64,000 nt of DNA from Eggerthellaceae bacterium (GTDB taxonomy: Bacteria > Actinomycetota > Coriobacteriia > Coriobacteriales > Eggerthellaceae), in the NCBI GenBank assembly GCA_050951095.1, contig JBMNIQ010000002.1, positions 239,099 to 303,098 of the forward strand. The letters run 5' to 3'. Position 1 is the first letter of the stretch. Each line of letters opens with the position of its first letter. Made by a program: the position numbers and the translations under genes. Below the pieces are notes generated by a model, which was given only the letters and a program-made list of their open reading frames with translations, did not search any database and was not told the DNA's origin. Of the stretch, positions 10,215 to 20,237 are shown piece by piece.

Positions 10215-11438
10215 ATGGTGGCATTTTCGGACTACCGAAAGGCACGTGCGCTTTCGGAGGGGTCGTGGATCGGACGATGGATCTGGTGCGCGATTCTGCT
10301 GACAGCTGCGTGTTGCGCAGGCGCGTTCGCCTATGCCACCTACTCCGTTCAGTCAGATGCGACGGCGCCCATATCCTGGGACGCGGCAGTAACGGGCACC
10401 ATCTCCCATGCCGATGAGAGCCTCATCAACGGCCAGGTTGACCGCCAAAACCAGGCGGTCCTCTATGCTGCCATGGGGGATTTCTCTCAGGTTTCTTCCG
10501 ACACCGTTACCAAGAGGTATCCCGCGGATGACGAGGACAAGGGAGCTCTGAGCGGAGAGCTTCAGAACCTGTATCCCGTCAATGCCCCTATCGGTGGCGA
10601 CATTGCCGTCCAGGGCTTCCAACTAGTATCGACTTACGGCAACGACAGCCTGATTGCAAGTCCTTGGTTCTCTGAGAATGACCTGGTCGAAGGCACGCTC
10701 AACAATGCCAATCCGGTTATCGTAGACGCATATACTGCTGCGGAGTTCGAGGTGCATCCGGGTTCGAAAATCACTGTGAAGGCCAGGACGGGCAAAGACG
10801 ACGAGGAGACGAGCGAGAAGCTTGTCGTTACCGGTATCGTCCGCCCAACGAAGAGATTCACGGGAATCTGCGCCCAGCTCCCTGCCATTCAGAAGGCGCT
10901 TGAGAAGAGTGGACAGACGACGGTTGACATGGCTTACGTGTACGGGATGAAAGGAGATTCCGCCACCTCGTTCGTGAATGCCGTGAACAACGGGCTTTCG
11001 GACAAGGGATCGACCTTGGCGTCGCTTCCCTCGCAGGAAGTGGCGAACGAAGGCGTTAAGCAGTGGACCGACGTGCCGTCGTTCTCTCCCTGGTATGTGG
11101 TTATCTTCCTGTTGGCGGCGGCTTTGCTTGTCAGCCTTCTCGTCATCGATGCGCGTCGCACGGGCAACGCCATGCGCGAGGAGGGACTGGCATCCAATCG
11201 GGGCTTCTACCTGTACTACCTAGGAGACGGGATTGCGATGTGGCTTGTGGCCTGCTTCGTTGCCCAGTACTTCTTCTCGGCTTTCACGATAACCGGGAGC
11301 ATCTACTTCATCTGGTACCTTCTGCCGTATTCCTTCATCTCGCTTGCGATTGTTATTGGAGGCGCCGCGCTTGCGGCCGTTCTCCGGCTGATCTTCGTCC
11401 GACATGGTTCGGCGACGGACGTGCAGGTTTCGCAGTAA
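10215..11438 (+). CDS. Membrane protein with MacB/FtsX-like topology (TM1, large ectodomain, 3 C-terminal TMs)
   Basis: The call rests on topology only. No ABC ATPase gene lies adjacent. GGGGAGG sits 8 nt upstream of the ATG. Confidence 0.45.
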   Translation: MVAFSDYRKARALSEGSWIGRWIWCAILLTAACCAGAFAYATYSVQSDATAPISWDAAVTGTISHADESLINGQVDRQNQAVLYAAMGDFSQVSSDTVTKRYPADDEDKGALSGELQNLYPVNAPIGGDIAVQGFQLVSTYGNDSLIASPWFSENDLVEGTLNNANPVIVDAYTAAEFEVHPGSKITVKARTGKDDEETSEKLVVTGIVRPTKRFTGICAQLPAIQKALEKSGQTTVDMAYVYGMKGDSATSFVNAVNNGLSDKGSTLASLPSQEVANEGVKQWTDVPSFSPWYVVIFLLAAALLVSLLVIDARRTGNAMREEGLASNRGFYLYYLGDGIAMWLVACFVAQYFFSAFTITGSIYFIWYLLPYSFISLAIVIGGAALAAVLRLIFVRHGSATDVQVSQ

Positions 11439-11509
11439 GCGCCCATTGCCGTAAACAGAGGAAATCCCGGTAGCGGGGAGGCCTGAATTGGGGCCCTTGC
11501 ATTAATAAA

Positions 11510-11538
11510 GCGGGCCGCATGTTTCTCATGCGGCCCGT
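11510..11538. terminator. Bidirectional hairpin terminator between convergent genes
   Basis: GCGGGCCGCAT-gtttctc-ATGCGGCCCG, with A-rich sequence upstream and TTTCG downstream. Confidence 0.6.
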
Positions 11539-11585
11539 TTCGTAATAACCGAAACTATGTCAAGCTAGCTTTTCGGTGGTGCTAC

Positions 11586-14409
11586 CTAAGCATTCCTGCT
11601 TCCATCCTTGTTCCGCCGGCGGTTCGCTAGGACCAAGAGCCCTGCAGCACCCGCGGCAGCAAACATTAGCGGCAAGAATACCATGCCAGCGGAATCACCC
11701 GTTTCGGGCATGCTGGAACTTGAAGAAGAAGAAGAAGTTGCCTCTTCGGAGCTTGTGGATCCGCCGGTATTTTGCGCGGCAGCCTTAGTGCTGTTGCCCT
11801 GCTTGGATTTCGTGGTGTCCGTCCCGGAAGGAGTGTGGTGCTTGCCCGAATTATTATTGGGCGTCGGGTTGTCCTTGTCCTGCGTGTAGGCGTTCTCGAG
11901 CGAGAGCTCGGCCGTGCCGCCCTTCGTCACCTCGGCCGTCGCGGTGCCGCCGACCTTAAGCGTCCAGCCGTCCACGTCGGCGCCGCTCTCCTCGACGGTG
12001 TAGGTGCCCATCGGCAGGCCGTCCAGCACGATGCTGCCGCCCTGGAGCTCGCCGTAGGTCACGGTCCTGCTCCAGCCGCCGGGCCCGGAGATGGCGAACT
12101 CGGCGGAGGCGGGCGTCTCGTGCCCGATGGAGGTCTTGGTCAGCCTCAGGCTGCCGGTGTTAGAGGTGTTGTTGAATGTCATGCTGTTAACAGCGGTGCC
12201 GTCCTTGCTGATGCTGGGGGGTGGCGATGATGTTCCCGGTCGGGTTCCCGTCGCTGTCTGTCTCGAGCTGCGGCGTCACCGTCACGGTGTACACGCTGGG
12301 GTCGTAGGTATAGGAGGCATCATCTCCGGAGACTTCCTTCACCTTGTACATGAAGGTCTTTCCGACATCGCTGGCATTGTAGGAAATGCGGTCGAATGAA
12401 ATCTTCCCGTCCGCATCGTTCGTCTTCGTCTGCAGGACGGTATCGTCACTCGAAAGCAGCTGGAACGAGAACTGTCCGGCAGTGAGTCCGCTACTCTTTC
12501 CGTCAATCTGCTTCGTCGCGTCCAGCGTCATGCTGCCGCCGTACTTCGTAGTTTTCGTCGTGTTTCCGCCAACGGAATTCTTCACGGTGTAGCCAACGGG
12601 AACATTGCTCATATCAACCATGAAGCGCACGTACGTGGTGGTTGAGCTGTCGATTGCCTTCGTGTTCGAAATCTTGATCTTGTGCGGGTCGGAAGCATCC
12701 TGCTCAATGGAGAAGCAGTCGCTTTCATCAGCGCTCACGAACGATACGTGAGAGTCAAGTTCGTCCGTCAGATTGATTTCTCCCGCAGCGAATCCGTTGC
12801 TGTTCCAGAATTTGATGGTGTACGTGACGAATTGGTCATCCGGATCGGTCGAGATGATGGATTTGTCCACGCTCTTCTCGCCGTTCGAGGCATTGTTATC
12901 CGTTCCTTGAAGCACGTAATTGCGGTGTTCCTGATGGGTTTCGCCGTTCTGCATGTACGTGATGGTCGCCGTGTTCGTGTACTTCGAGGTGTTCGATCCT
13001 GCGGGGATGTCGACCCAATAGTTGACCTGGATGGTGTTGCTCGTGCTTCCCGGGTACTTGAACGTGAGCGTCTGGCCGTCGATTTCAATCGAGTAGTTCG
13101 AAGGATCTATCGCTTTACCTGTGGCCTGATCCGTGACTTCGATGCTCTTGCTCATGTTGAGCGTCATTCCGTCGGGGATGCGGTCAACCACTGTTACGTT
13201 CGAGATGTTGCCCTTCTTGTCATTGATGTACAGGCGATATTTGAACGTGCCGCCATTCGTGAGGTCGGCAACGCCTACCTGGGCTGCGTTGTTGCCATAG
13301 CCCTCCGAGTAGTCGTAGCCGTCGTAGCTGACGCCGTCGTTTTCAAACCCGTCTTTCATAATCGTGTCGGTGTAGGTTCCCGTTCCGCTGGGCGATCCGC
13401 TCGGGACAATCGTGATCGTCTTGCTTGCATCGCCGGCACTGATGGTTCCCGGCGTGGTTGCATCGACATTTTTTGCCGTTACATACGCGTTGAAGCTGCC
13501 GGAAATTCCGCTCTCGATGCCGCTGCCAAACGTCAACTTATACTGGCTGTTTCCCAGGTCCTCGGAGCCGCTGAAGTGCTGGCTATTCAGTGAGAAGCGA
13601 ACTTTCGAGGCGATGCTAGACGGTATGGTGACGATCACATAGTCGCCGGTGCTGACGCTTCCCTGGTCAAGCGTGTATTTGAAGGTGACGATGGCAGTGG
13701 TGCCTGCTTCGTACGTGTCATTGTTCGTCGTGATAGTTGCATGCATATGCGCCGATGCATCAGAGCCGGCCACCTGTGTTTTCAGCGCGGCCTTCTTTGC
13801 GGATTTGAGAGTGTGCGCCGTTGTTGCGGAAGCGCTTGAACTGGAAGTGCTCGAAACAATGGAAGGGCCGGAGGCGCTTGATGTCTTGGAATCTGCCTTT
13901 TCGGAAGTGGCCGCATTGGCATCTCTCTCATTGACAATCGAGATTGTGCGGTCCTTTGCGACCTTTCCGTTTACGGTGACATTGCCGTCAGCGTCCACCT
14001 TGAAGTTAACGGCCTTGGGGGTCTGATAGCCCGAAGGGGTTTGCGATTCGCTTACCGTGTAGGAACCCGCAGCAAGGGAAACATGCGAATCGGCCGTGAG
14101 AGTTTCGCCGTTCTTGGCTTTGATTTCGAAAGTTGCTCCATTAAGCGAATCGCCGGAGTCATTGACGGCTTTGAACTGCATCTCGAATGTTTGCTCGATT
14201 GTCTTCGGGCTCTCCGTAGACGATGACGAAGCCGCAGCGTTGTTCTCTGACGTTTCGTTCGTCTGGAACGATGCCGTGCTTTGCTGCTCTGTTGAGCTTG
14301 TCGGATTTTCCGCAAAGGCCTGCACCGGCAAGGTTATCGTCGATGCGAGAGCGAATGCGAAAAATGCGGTGGCGAGCTTCTTTCCGATTCGTTTTGATTT
14401 CATTTTCAT
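11586..14409 (-). pseudogene. Sortase-anchored (xPETG) surface adhesin/pilin-like protein split by a frameshift at a C6 tract
   Basis: The N-terminal fragment (12187-14409) has signal peptide MKMKSKRIGKKLATAFFAFALASTITLPVQAFA, Cna-B/SpaA-like repeats and a pilin isopeptide-type domain. The C-terminal fragment (11586 to ~12215) has a Cna-B repeat, a Ser-rich stalk, MPETG, a hydrophobic helix and RRRNK. The frames meet at G6, 12216-12221. Confidence 0.8.
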
Positions 14410-15153
14410 TGGGCTTTCCATCCCCTCCCCATCTTTAAATGCCGATAAGGCGTCTGTTCCGCTTGCCCATGAAAGATGCCTCGGCAAAGCAAGTGAATGT
14501 GCGAGCCGATTGGGGCGGGCAAGCGGGAAACGTGGAGAGATGACACGCAGAAACGCTATCTAGATACCATTTCATAGCAGATGTCAATCTCTTCCCGGTA
14601 AAACAATTAATAGATAGCATATTTTACTAAGGTTGTCACTTAGCAAGATAATGGCAATGTGTTTGGGATTACAGCTTTGAATATTTGTGCGCTGCATCGT
14701 TATGAGCTTCTGATTAGGCGCTACTCGCCAGGCTTCGCCCGCTATCTCAACGCGTGGTAGTACGCGATGGCAATCTGAGTGCGGTTCTCCAGGCCTCGTT
14801 CGAACTTATGGCCTCGAACGTGCAGGGCTTGGCGCAGCTCACGCCGGGATATTGGCGCAATGAGGTGCTGACAATTGCGTTTACAACAAGCGATTGAAGT
14901 GTCCTGGCAGGTCGGGTAACGACGGATTTGGGTATGCTAATGCTGTTTGCTGTGGTGACGGCGCTGGTGGGAATGGCATTGTCGCGGGTGCATGCGCTGT
15001 GTTCGACAAGGGCGGTGTAGACGGCTCGTACGGCTGAGTAGAATCGAGGGTATTGTTTTGTGGGCAGGGATGCGGCCTGCTTAGAGTTTCGTCGTTTCCG
15101 TTTTGAATGGTTAGTGAGAAAAGCGTCGATAACGTTTTCAAGAAGAGGAGCAA

Positions 15154-15507
15154 ATGATGCAAGCGACCGATTGGCAAACGTTCGTGTCGATGTATCAGGC
15201 CTTGGACGCGGCATACGACGAAGGGAAACCCCAAAAGGTCTTCTCGTTCATCGCCGATGCCAACCCTAACATCTGGAAAGGCAGGGTTTCGGGCGATCCA
15301 GCCGTCTTCTCCGAGTTCTCGGAAGCCTTCGCCGAGCGCTTCCCGCAGGGGAAGGCGGATCCCGCCGCAGCGGCGGAGTTCGCGCGAGCGTTCCTGTCAA
15401 AGCAGAACGCGGAGTACGGCTGGGCGAAAGGTGACCTCGTGGCGTCCTTCGACTCCGTCGTGACCCCCGAGCTTTGGGAGAGGGCCCTTTCCGAGGCTCC
15501 TGAGTAG
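15154..15507 (+). CDS. Hypothetical 117-aa acidic protein (paralogue of 16122-16478)
   Basis: GAGGAG RBS upstream. The two copies differ at ~28 synonymous codons versus 5 replacements (hand alignment), which supports real coding. Confidence 0.65.
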   Translation: MMQATDWQTFVSMYQALDAAYDEGKPQKVFSFIADANPNIWKGRVSGDPAVFSEFSEAFAERFPQGKADPAAAAEFARAFLSKQNAEYGWAKGDLVASFDSVVTPELWERALSEAPE

Positions 15508-15532
15508 TTGAACGACAACCGCTCAACCAAAA

Positions 15533-15618
15533 GCAGGTCAGAGGAAAAATGTCCTCTGGCCTGCATCATTTCATGGTGCCCCCGGGCGGATTCGAACCGT
15601 CGACACCCGCTTTAGGAG
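15533..15618 (-). repeat. att copy 1: terminator hairpin plus 45-nt 3' segment of tRNA-Arg(CCU)
   Basis: 15574-15618 is identical to 27547-27591. The hairpin at 15533-15564 matches 27506-27537. Confidence 0.85.
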
Positions 15619-15778
15619 TGGGTCGGAGGGGTGTACTCGCATACGTATGGATTGCAAAACGCCTGTTCAGAGCGGTATGTGTCGGTTGGCGAAGGTAAAG
15701 AAAATCCTGCCTCCGCCAGGGTTTCTGGCCATTTTATGGCCATGAACGTCTCTGCCTAGACGGTATTTCGGAAGCCTC

Positions 15779-15835
15779 GGTGACGATGGTGACGATAGTG
15801 ACGATGGTTCACATATAGGAGTCTTCATCGTCACC
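15779..15835 (+). repeat. GTGACGAT palindromic module P1
   Basis: GGTGACGATGGTGACGATAGTGACGATGG-TTCACATATAGGAGTCT-TCATCGTCACC. Confidence 0.8.
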
Positions 15836-16121
15836 GGCGATCCAATTGAAGCGGCGACCGGCTCGCGTCTCCGGTCTCGCTTGCACTGGGATTCCGCTGT
15901 AAATCTTCATGCTCGGCAACCCGAACGCGCAGCGAGCGCAAAAGAACGCCTCGGCATGCGAGAATGCTTGAAGATGGATCCCAGTTATGGGCATCGGTCC
16001 TTAATGGTGTTGTGCAAAACTGCGGGAAGAACGACCCTCCGCACTCCTGGGACGACGAAACGGGGCTGAGTCGAAACATTAGCAAAACCGCCGATAACGT
16101 TTTCAAGAAGAGGAGCAAATA

Positions 16122-16478
16122 ATGCAAGCGACCGATTGGCAAACGTTCGTGTCGATGTACCAGGCCTTGGACGCAGCATACGACGAGGGGAAATCCCAGA
16201 AGGTCTTTTCGTTCATTGCCGACGCTAACCCGAACATCTGGAAGGGTAAGGTGTCGGGCGACCCGGCTGTCTTCTCTGAGTTCTCGGAGGCCTTTGCCGA
16301 GCGCTTCCCGCAGGGGAAGGCGGATCCCGCCGCCGCCGCGAAGTTCGCGCGAGCGTTCCTGTCCGAGCAGAACGCGGAGTATGGCTGGGCGGAAGGCGAC
16401 CTCGTGGCGTCCTTCGATTCCGTCGTGACCCCTGAGCTTTGGGAACGTGCCCTTTCCGAGGCTCCTGAACAACCATAA
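16122..16478 (+). CDS. Hypothetical 118-aa acidic protein (paralogue of 15154-15507)
   Basis: Same RBS context as the other copy. About 96% amino-acid identity with mostly synonymous nucleotide differences. Confidence 0.65.
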   Translation: MQATDWQTFVSMYQALDAAYDEGKSQKVFSFIADANPNIWKGKVSGDPAVFSEFSEAFAERFPQGKADPAAAAKFARAFLSEQNAEYGWAEGDLVASFDSVVTPELWERALSEAPEQP

Positions 16479-16582
16479 ACGACAATCGCTAACGATAGTA
16501 GGATAGAGAAAGATGCCTCTGTTCCGCCGCTTATGGTCTAAATTTGGCACATTATCCGAAATCGATGTCTTCGAAGCAAAAA

Positions 16583-16667
16583 GCAGGCCAGAGGTAACAC
16601 GTCCTCTAGCCTGCGTATTTACTGGTGCCCCCGATACGATTCGAACCGTCGACACCCGCTTTAGGAG
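16583..16667 (-). repeat. att copy 2: diverged terminator hairpin plus 45-nt tRNA-Arg 3' segment
   Basis: 16623-16667 matches 27547-27591 with 4 mismatches (ccgatacg vs ccgggcgg). Confidence 0.8.
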
Positions 16668-16827
16668 GGAAACGGGGAGGGCGAGGACGTTCGCAAAGAT
16701 TGAAAAACGCCTGTTCAGAACGGTGCCCGTCCATCAACGGCGGTGAAGAAAACCGGGATTGAAGCGGAAATTCGGGCCAAATTCGGGACGGGGCCGACCC
16801 TCGGAGAACGACGGGATGGCCCATGCA

Positions 16828-16866
16828 GGTGACGATGGTTCACATATAGGGGGTTTCATCGTCACC
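16828..16866 (+). repeat. GTGACGAT palindromic module P2 (single-repeat version)
   Basis: GGTGACGATGG-TTCACATATAGGGGGTT-TCATCGTCACC. Confidence 0.8.
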
Positions 16867-16960
16867 GAGCGCCTTTTCCAGAAGCCGCCGCCGGCGTTTT
16901 CGACCCGGGAAGCCCGGGGCAGGCCCTCCCGATCGCCTTGAGGCCCGTCTCAAGCCGGTG

Positions 16961-16989
16961 TTGACATATCGCATCCGTCGCTCTATTCT
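16961..16989 (+). promoter_or_regulatory. Candidate sigma-70-type promoter of arsR
   Basis: TTGACA, 17 nt, TATTCT. It lies immediately upstream of the operator at 16993. Confidence 0.5.
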
Positions 16990-16992
16990 CAT

Positions 16993-17008
16993 ATCAAAAT
17001 TTTTCGAT
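16993..17008. promoter_or_regulatory. Candidate ArsR operator 1 (near-palindrome ATCAAAATTTTTCGAT)
   Basis: An identical 16-mer recurs at 17387-17402. This copy lies 15 nt before the arsR ATG. Confidence 0.55.
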
Positions 17009-17022
17009 GTGAGGAGGCTTCC

Positions 17023-17331
17023 ATGGCGAGGGACAACGAGAGGGACGCGAGGGTCTTCAAGGCGTTCTGCAACGAGTACCGCCTCCAGGTGCTCGAGAGG
17101 CTGCGCACCGGGGAGAAGTGCGCCTGCGACCTGCTGGATCACATCGACATCAGCCAGTCGAACCTCTCGCATCACATGAAGATCCTCGTGGACTCGGGCG
17201 TGGTGTCGGCGCGCCAGGACGGCAAGTGGACCCACTACTCCATCGACCCGGAGGGGGCCAGGGCGGCGGTCGAGCTGCTCGAGGAGCTCACGACGATCCG
17301 CGGCGGCGGAGGTGGCTGCTCCTCCTGCTAG
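17023..17331 (+). CDS. arsR: ArsR/SmtB-family metalloregulator
   Basis: Winged-HTH with a CAC metal site (EKCACDLLDHIDISQSNLSHHMKILVDSGVV) and a C-terminal CSSC. Confidence 0.9.
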   Translation: MARDNERDARVFKAFCNEYRLQVLERLRTGEKCACDLLDHIDISQSNLSHHMKILVDSGVVSARQDGKWTHYSIDPEGARAAVELLEELTTIRGGGGGCSSC

Positions 17332-17386
17332 GGAGGGAGCCGTTCGACGAAGAGCCGCCGCGCGCGGCGTTTTTCTGGGCCAACAC

Positions 17387-17402
17387 ATCAAAATTTTTCG
17401 AT
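17387..17402. promoter_or_regulatory. Candidate ArsR operator 2
   Basis: Same 16-mer as 16993-17008, 21 nt before the acr3 ATG. It is preceded by a GC hairpin plus T5 (17353-17376). Confidence 0.5.
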
Positions 17403-17422
17403 ATGTGAAGGAGACAATCAAC

Positions 17423-18490
17423 ATGAGTCCTAGCGAAAACAGGAAGGGCGCGGCGTCCGGCCTCGGGCTTTGGGACCGGCTGCTCACCCTCTGGATCTTC
17501 CTGGCGATGGGAGCCGGCATCGCCATAGGGGCGGCGTTTCCGGGGTTCTCGGAGGTCCTCGGGGGGCTCTCGATGGGCACCACCAACGTGCCGATCGCCG
17601 TCGGCCTCGTTCTCATGATGTACTCGCCGCTCGCCAAGGTTCGCTACTCGGAGATGCCCAAGGTCTTCGCCGACAAGAAGCTCCTCGCGCTCTCGCTCCT
17701 GCTCAACTGGGTGGTCGGGCCGCTCCTCATGCTCGCGCTGGCCGTCCTGTTCCTCGCGGACATGCCCGAGTACATGGCGGGCGTCGTCATGATCGGGCTC
17801 GCCCGCTGCATCGCGATGGTCCTCGTGTGGAACGAGCTCGCCGGGGGCTCATCGGAGTACGCGGCCGGGCTCGTGGCCCTGAACGCCGTCTTCCAGGTCC
17901 TCCTCTACGGGCCGATGGCCTGGCTGTTCCTCTCCGTGCTCGCCCCCGCGCTCGGCGCCCGGGCGGTCGCCGTCGACGTCTCCATGTGGCAGATAGCCCA
18001 GGGCGTCCTCGTCTACCTCGGCGTCCCTATGGCCGCCGGCGCGCTCACCCGGCACCTGGGCGTGAGGGCGCTCGGCGAGGAGGGGTACGCGCGGCGCGTG
18101 ATCCCCAGGATATCGAAGATCACCCCGGCCGCGCTGATCTTCACCATCGTGGTCATGTTCTCGCTGAAGGGCGGAATGATAGCGACGCTGCCCTACGACG
18201 TCGCGAGGATCGCCGTCCCGCTGGTCGCCTACTTCTGCACCATGTTCTTCGCCAGCTCCTGGCTCGCGCACCGGGCCGGGGCCGACTACCCGCGCATGGC
18301 CTCGGTGGCCTTCACCGCTACCGGCAACAACTTCGAGCTCACCATCGCCATCGCCGCCGCCACGTTCGGGCTCGCCAGCGGGCAGGCCCTGGCGGCCGTC
18401 GTGGGGCCCCTGGTCGAGGTCCCCTCGCTCATCCTGCTGGTGAACGCCGCGCTCGCCCTGAAGCGGCGCTGGTACGAGGGGAAGGGGTAG
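17423..18490 (+). CDS. acr3: ACR3-family arsenite efflux transporter
   Basis: Start at MSPSENRK (ATG 17423, GAAGGAG upstream). It is a ten-helix protein with an ACR3-type N-terminus (LGLWDRLLTLWIFLAMGAGIAIG). Confidence 0.85.
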   Translation: MSPSENRKGAASGLGLWDRLLTLWIFLAMGAGIAIGAAFPGFSEVLGGLSMGTTNVPIAVGLVLMMYSPLAKVRYSEMPKVFADKKLLALSLLLNWVVGPLLMLALAVLFLADMPEYMAGVVMIGLARCIAMVLVWNELAGGSSEYAAGLVALNAVFQVLLYGPMAWLFLSVLAPALGARAVAVDVSMWQIAQGVLVYLGVPMAAGALTRHLGVRALGEEGYARRVIPRISKITPAALIFTIVVMFSLKGGMIATLPYDVARIAVPLVAYFCTMFFASSWLAHRAGADYPRMASVAFTATGNNFELTIAIAAATFGLASGQALAAVVGPLVEVPSLILLVNAALALKRRWYEGKG

Positions 18491-18493
18491 CGG

Positions 18494-19495
18494 ATGGAGG
18501 CGTTCGGGTCGTTCGTCATGGACCAGCTGCTCAAGATGCAGTGGCTGAGCGGGCTCGTATGGAGGCTCCTGTCGCCCCTCGGGCTGACGGAGGGCACGCA
18601 ATGGGGCGAGACGCTCCACTTCTTCGTGTACGACACGGCGAAGATCGTCATCCTGCTCGTCACGATGATATTCGCGATCGGGTACGTCCAGAGTTTCTTC
18701 CCGCCCGAGCGCAGCCGCAGGATCATGGGGCGCTTCAGGGGGTTCTGGGCCAACGTCGTGGGCGCGCTCTTGGGTACTGTCACTCCGTTCTGCAGTTGCA
18801 GCTCGATCCCGCTGTTCATCGGGTTTACGAGGGCGGGGCTGCCGCTGGGGGTCACCTTCAGCTTCCTCATCTCATCCCCTATGGTCGACCTGGGGAGCCT
18901 CGTGCTCATCATGAGCATCTTCGGGCCGGGCGTGGCAGCCGTCTACACGGTCGTGGGCCTGATGATTGCCATCTTGGGCGGCGCGTTTATCGAACGCCTT
19001 CACATGGACGACCAGATCGCCGACTTCGTGCGGGGAGACGCGCCCACCGACGCCGAGCTCCTGGCCATGAGCGTGCGCGACCGGCTCGCCTTTGCGGGGC
19101 GCGAGACATGGTCGACCTTCAAGAAGGTGTTCCCCTACGTCCTCGCCGGCGTCGCGATAGGCAGCCTCATCCACAACTGGATACCTCAGGACGCCGTCGA
19201 GCTCGTGCTGGGCGACCAGAACCCGCTCGCGGTCGTGCTGGCCACCGTCGTCGGCGCCCCCATCTACGCGGACACCTTTGGCGCCATCCCCATTGCCGAG
19301 GCGCTCTACTACAAGGGGACGCAGCTGGGCACGGTTCTGGCGTTCATGATGAGTGTCACGGTGCTGTCCATCCCCAGCTTGACCATGCTCTCGCGGGTTG
19401 TGAAGCCCAAGCTCCTGGCGACGTTCGTGGTGGTCTGCATGGTGGGGATGATTATCAGCGGATATGTCTTCAACTTCCTACAGCCCTTGTTATAG
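18494..19495 (+). CDS. UPF0718/ArsP-like permease with a TPFCSCSS motif
   Basis: Polytopic protein with the motif GTVTPFCSCSSIPLF. It is followed by the small redox-active disulfide protein that typically partners this family. Confidence 0.75.
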   Translation: MEAFGSFVMDQLLKMQWLSGLVWRLLSPLGLTEGTQWGETLHFFVYDTAKIVILLVTMIFAIGYVQSFFPPERSRRIMGRFRGFWANVVGALLGTVTPFCSCSSIPLFIGFTRAGLPLGVTFSFLISSPMVDLGSLVLIMSIFGPGVAAVYTVVGLMIAILGGAFIERLHMDDQIADFVRGDAPTDAELLAMSVRDRLAFAGRETWSTFKKVFPYVLAGVAIGSLIHNWIPQDAVELVLGDQNPLAVVLATVVGAPIYADTFGAIPIAEALYYKGTQLGTVLAFMMSVTVLSIPSLTMLSRVVKPKLLATFVVVCMVGMIISGYVFNFLQPLL

Positions 19496-19549
19496 GAGGA
19501 GCTTCTCAATAGCTGTCCAAGACACAGGCGTTTTGAAAGGAGAAAAACG

Positions 19550-19774
19550 ATGACAAAGGTTCAGGTAATGGGCTCGGGGTGCAAGAAATGCCGCCAGCTC
19601 TACGAAAACGCCGTGGAGGCGCTGGGCGAGGACTCCGTTGAGTACGTCACCGACATGGAACGCATCGCAAATGCCGGCATAATGACCACACCAGCCCTGG
19701 TAGTCGACGGAAAGCCCGTGAGCACGGGCAAGGTGCTCAAGCCCTCCGAGATTTCTGCCCTGGTCTCGGACTGA
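19550..19774 (+). CDS. Thioredoxin-fold small protein (redox-active disulfide protein 2 type)
   Basis: 74 aa with CKKC near the N-terminus (MGSGCKKC) and the TPALVVDG motif. Confidence 0.8.
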   Translation: MTKVQVMGSGCKKCRQLYENAVEALGEDSVEYVTDMERIANAGIMTTPALVVDGKPVSTGKVLKPSEISALVSD

Positions 19775-19778
19775 TTCT

Positions 19779-19822
19779 GAGGGGCAGCCGCGCGGACCGG
19801 CGTCAATCGCGGCTGTCCCCTC
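19779..19822 (+). terminator. 14-bp-stem hairpin after the ars cassette
   Basis: GAGGGGCAGCCGCG-15 nt-CGCGGCTGTCCCCTC. There is no clear U-tract. Confidence 0.45.
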
Positions 19823-19927
19823 TGCTGACACCGCTGCGCACTGGTAAAACCGCACAGCAGTCCTCCTCGCTCCACAGAGGTCGGAGCTGATACCACCGTC
19901 TTCGAAATCGGCGAAACCGTCTCCGGT

Positions 19928-20191
19928 GTGTCAATCGTCAACGATATCGCCGACGTGTACGGTAACGGCGTCCACGTGGCGAGACTCGAGTACCCTCAAG
20001 CTGTGGCTTTCGACACCGACGGCGGGGTGCTCATGCTGGACAAGGAGGTCTGGTTCTCGGAGATAACCGCCATCAAGAGGGGCGACGGCATCGACGGGCT
20101 CCTATACGACGACTCAGCCAGCTGGGAGGACCGACCGGACGAGGACCCCACGACCCACTACGAGTTTCTAACGGAGATGCAGGAACTCTAG
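19928..20191 (+). CDS. Hypothetical acidic 87-aa protein
   Basis: ORF only, with a GTG start. No motif recognised. Confidence 0.3.
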   Translation: MSIVNDIADVYGNGVHVARLEYPQAVAFDTDGGVLMLDKEVWFSEITAIKRGDGIDGLLYDDSASWEDRPDEDPTTHYEFLTEMQEL

Positions 20192-20237
20192 GTAAGTGAT
20201 GACTTTACCGACGCCTTCTTCAATGCATGGTCATCCC

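Noticed and set aside
15831-16655. 274-aa minus-strand ORF spanning island remnant A, plus the 14747-15214 and 16840-17637 minus-strand ORFs.
   Set aside because: They run antisense through the conserved 118-aa gene, the tRNA fragment or arsR. They have no RBS and no motifs. The apparent shared C-terminal GDDE..YM endings simply reflect reading through the P modules.
17470-19512. 680-aa ORF overlapping acr3 and the permease. Similar very long ORFs occur at 46208-48322 (704 aa), 24479-27067 (862 aa), 57482-59035 (517 aa), 29771-31234, 37014-38693 and 52808-53944.
   Set aside because: Their translations are Arg/Gly/Ala/Pro-rich nonsense. They lie antisense to, or out of frame with, genes that have clear motifs. 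This is the usual high-GC open-frame artefact.
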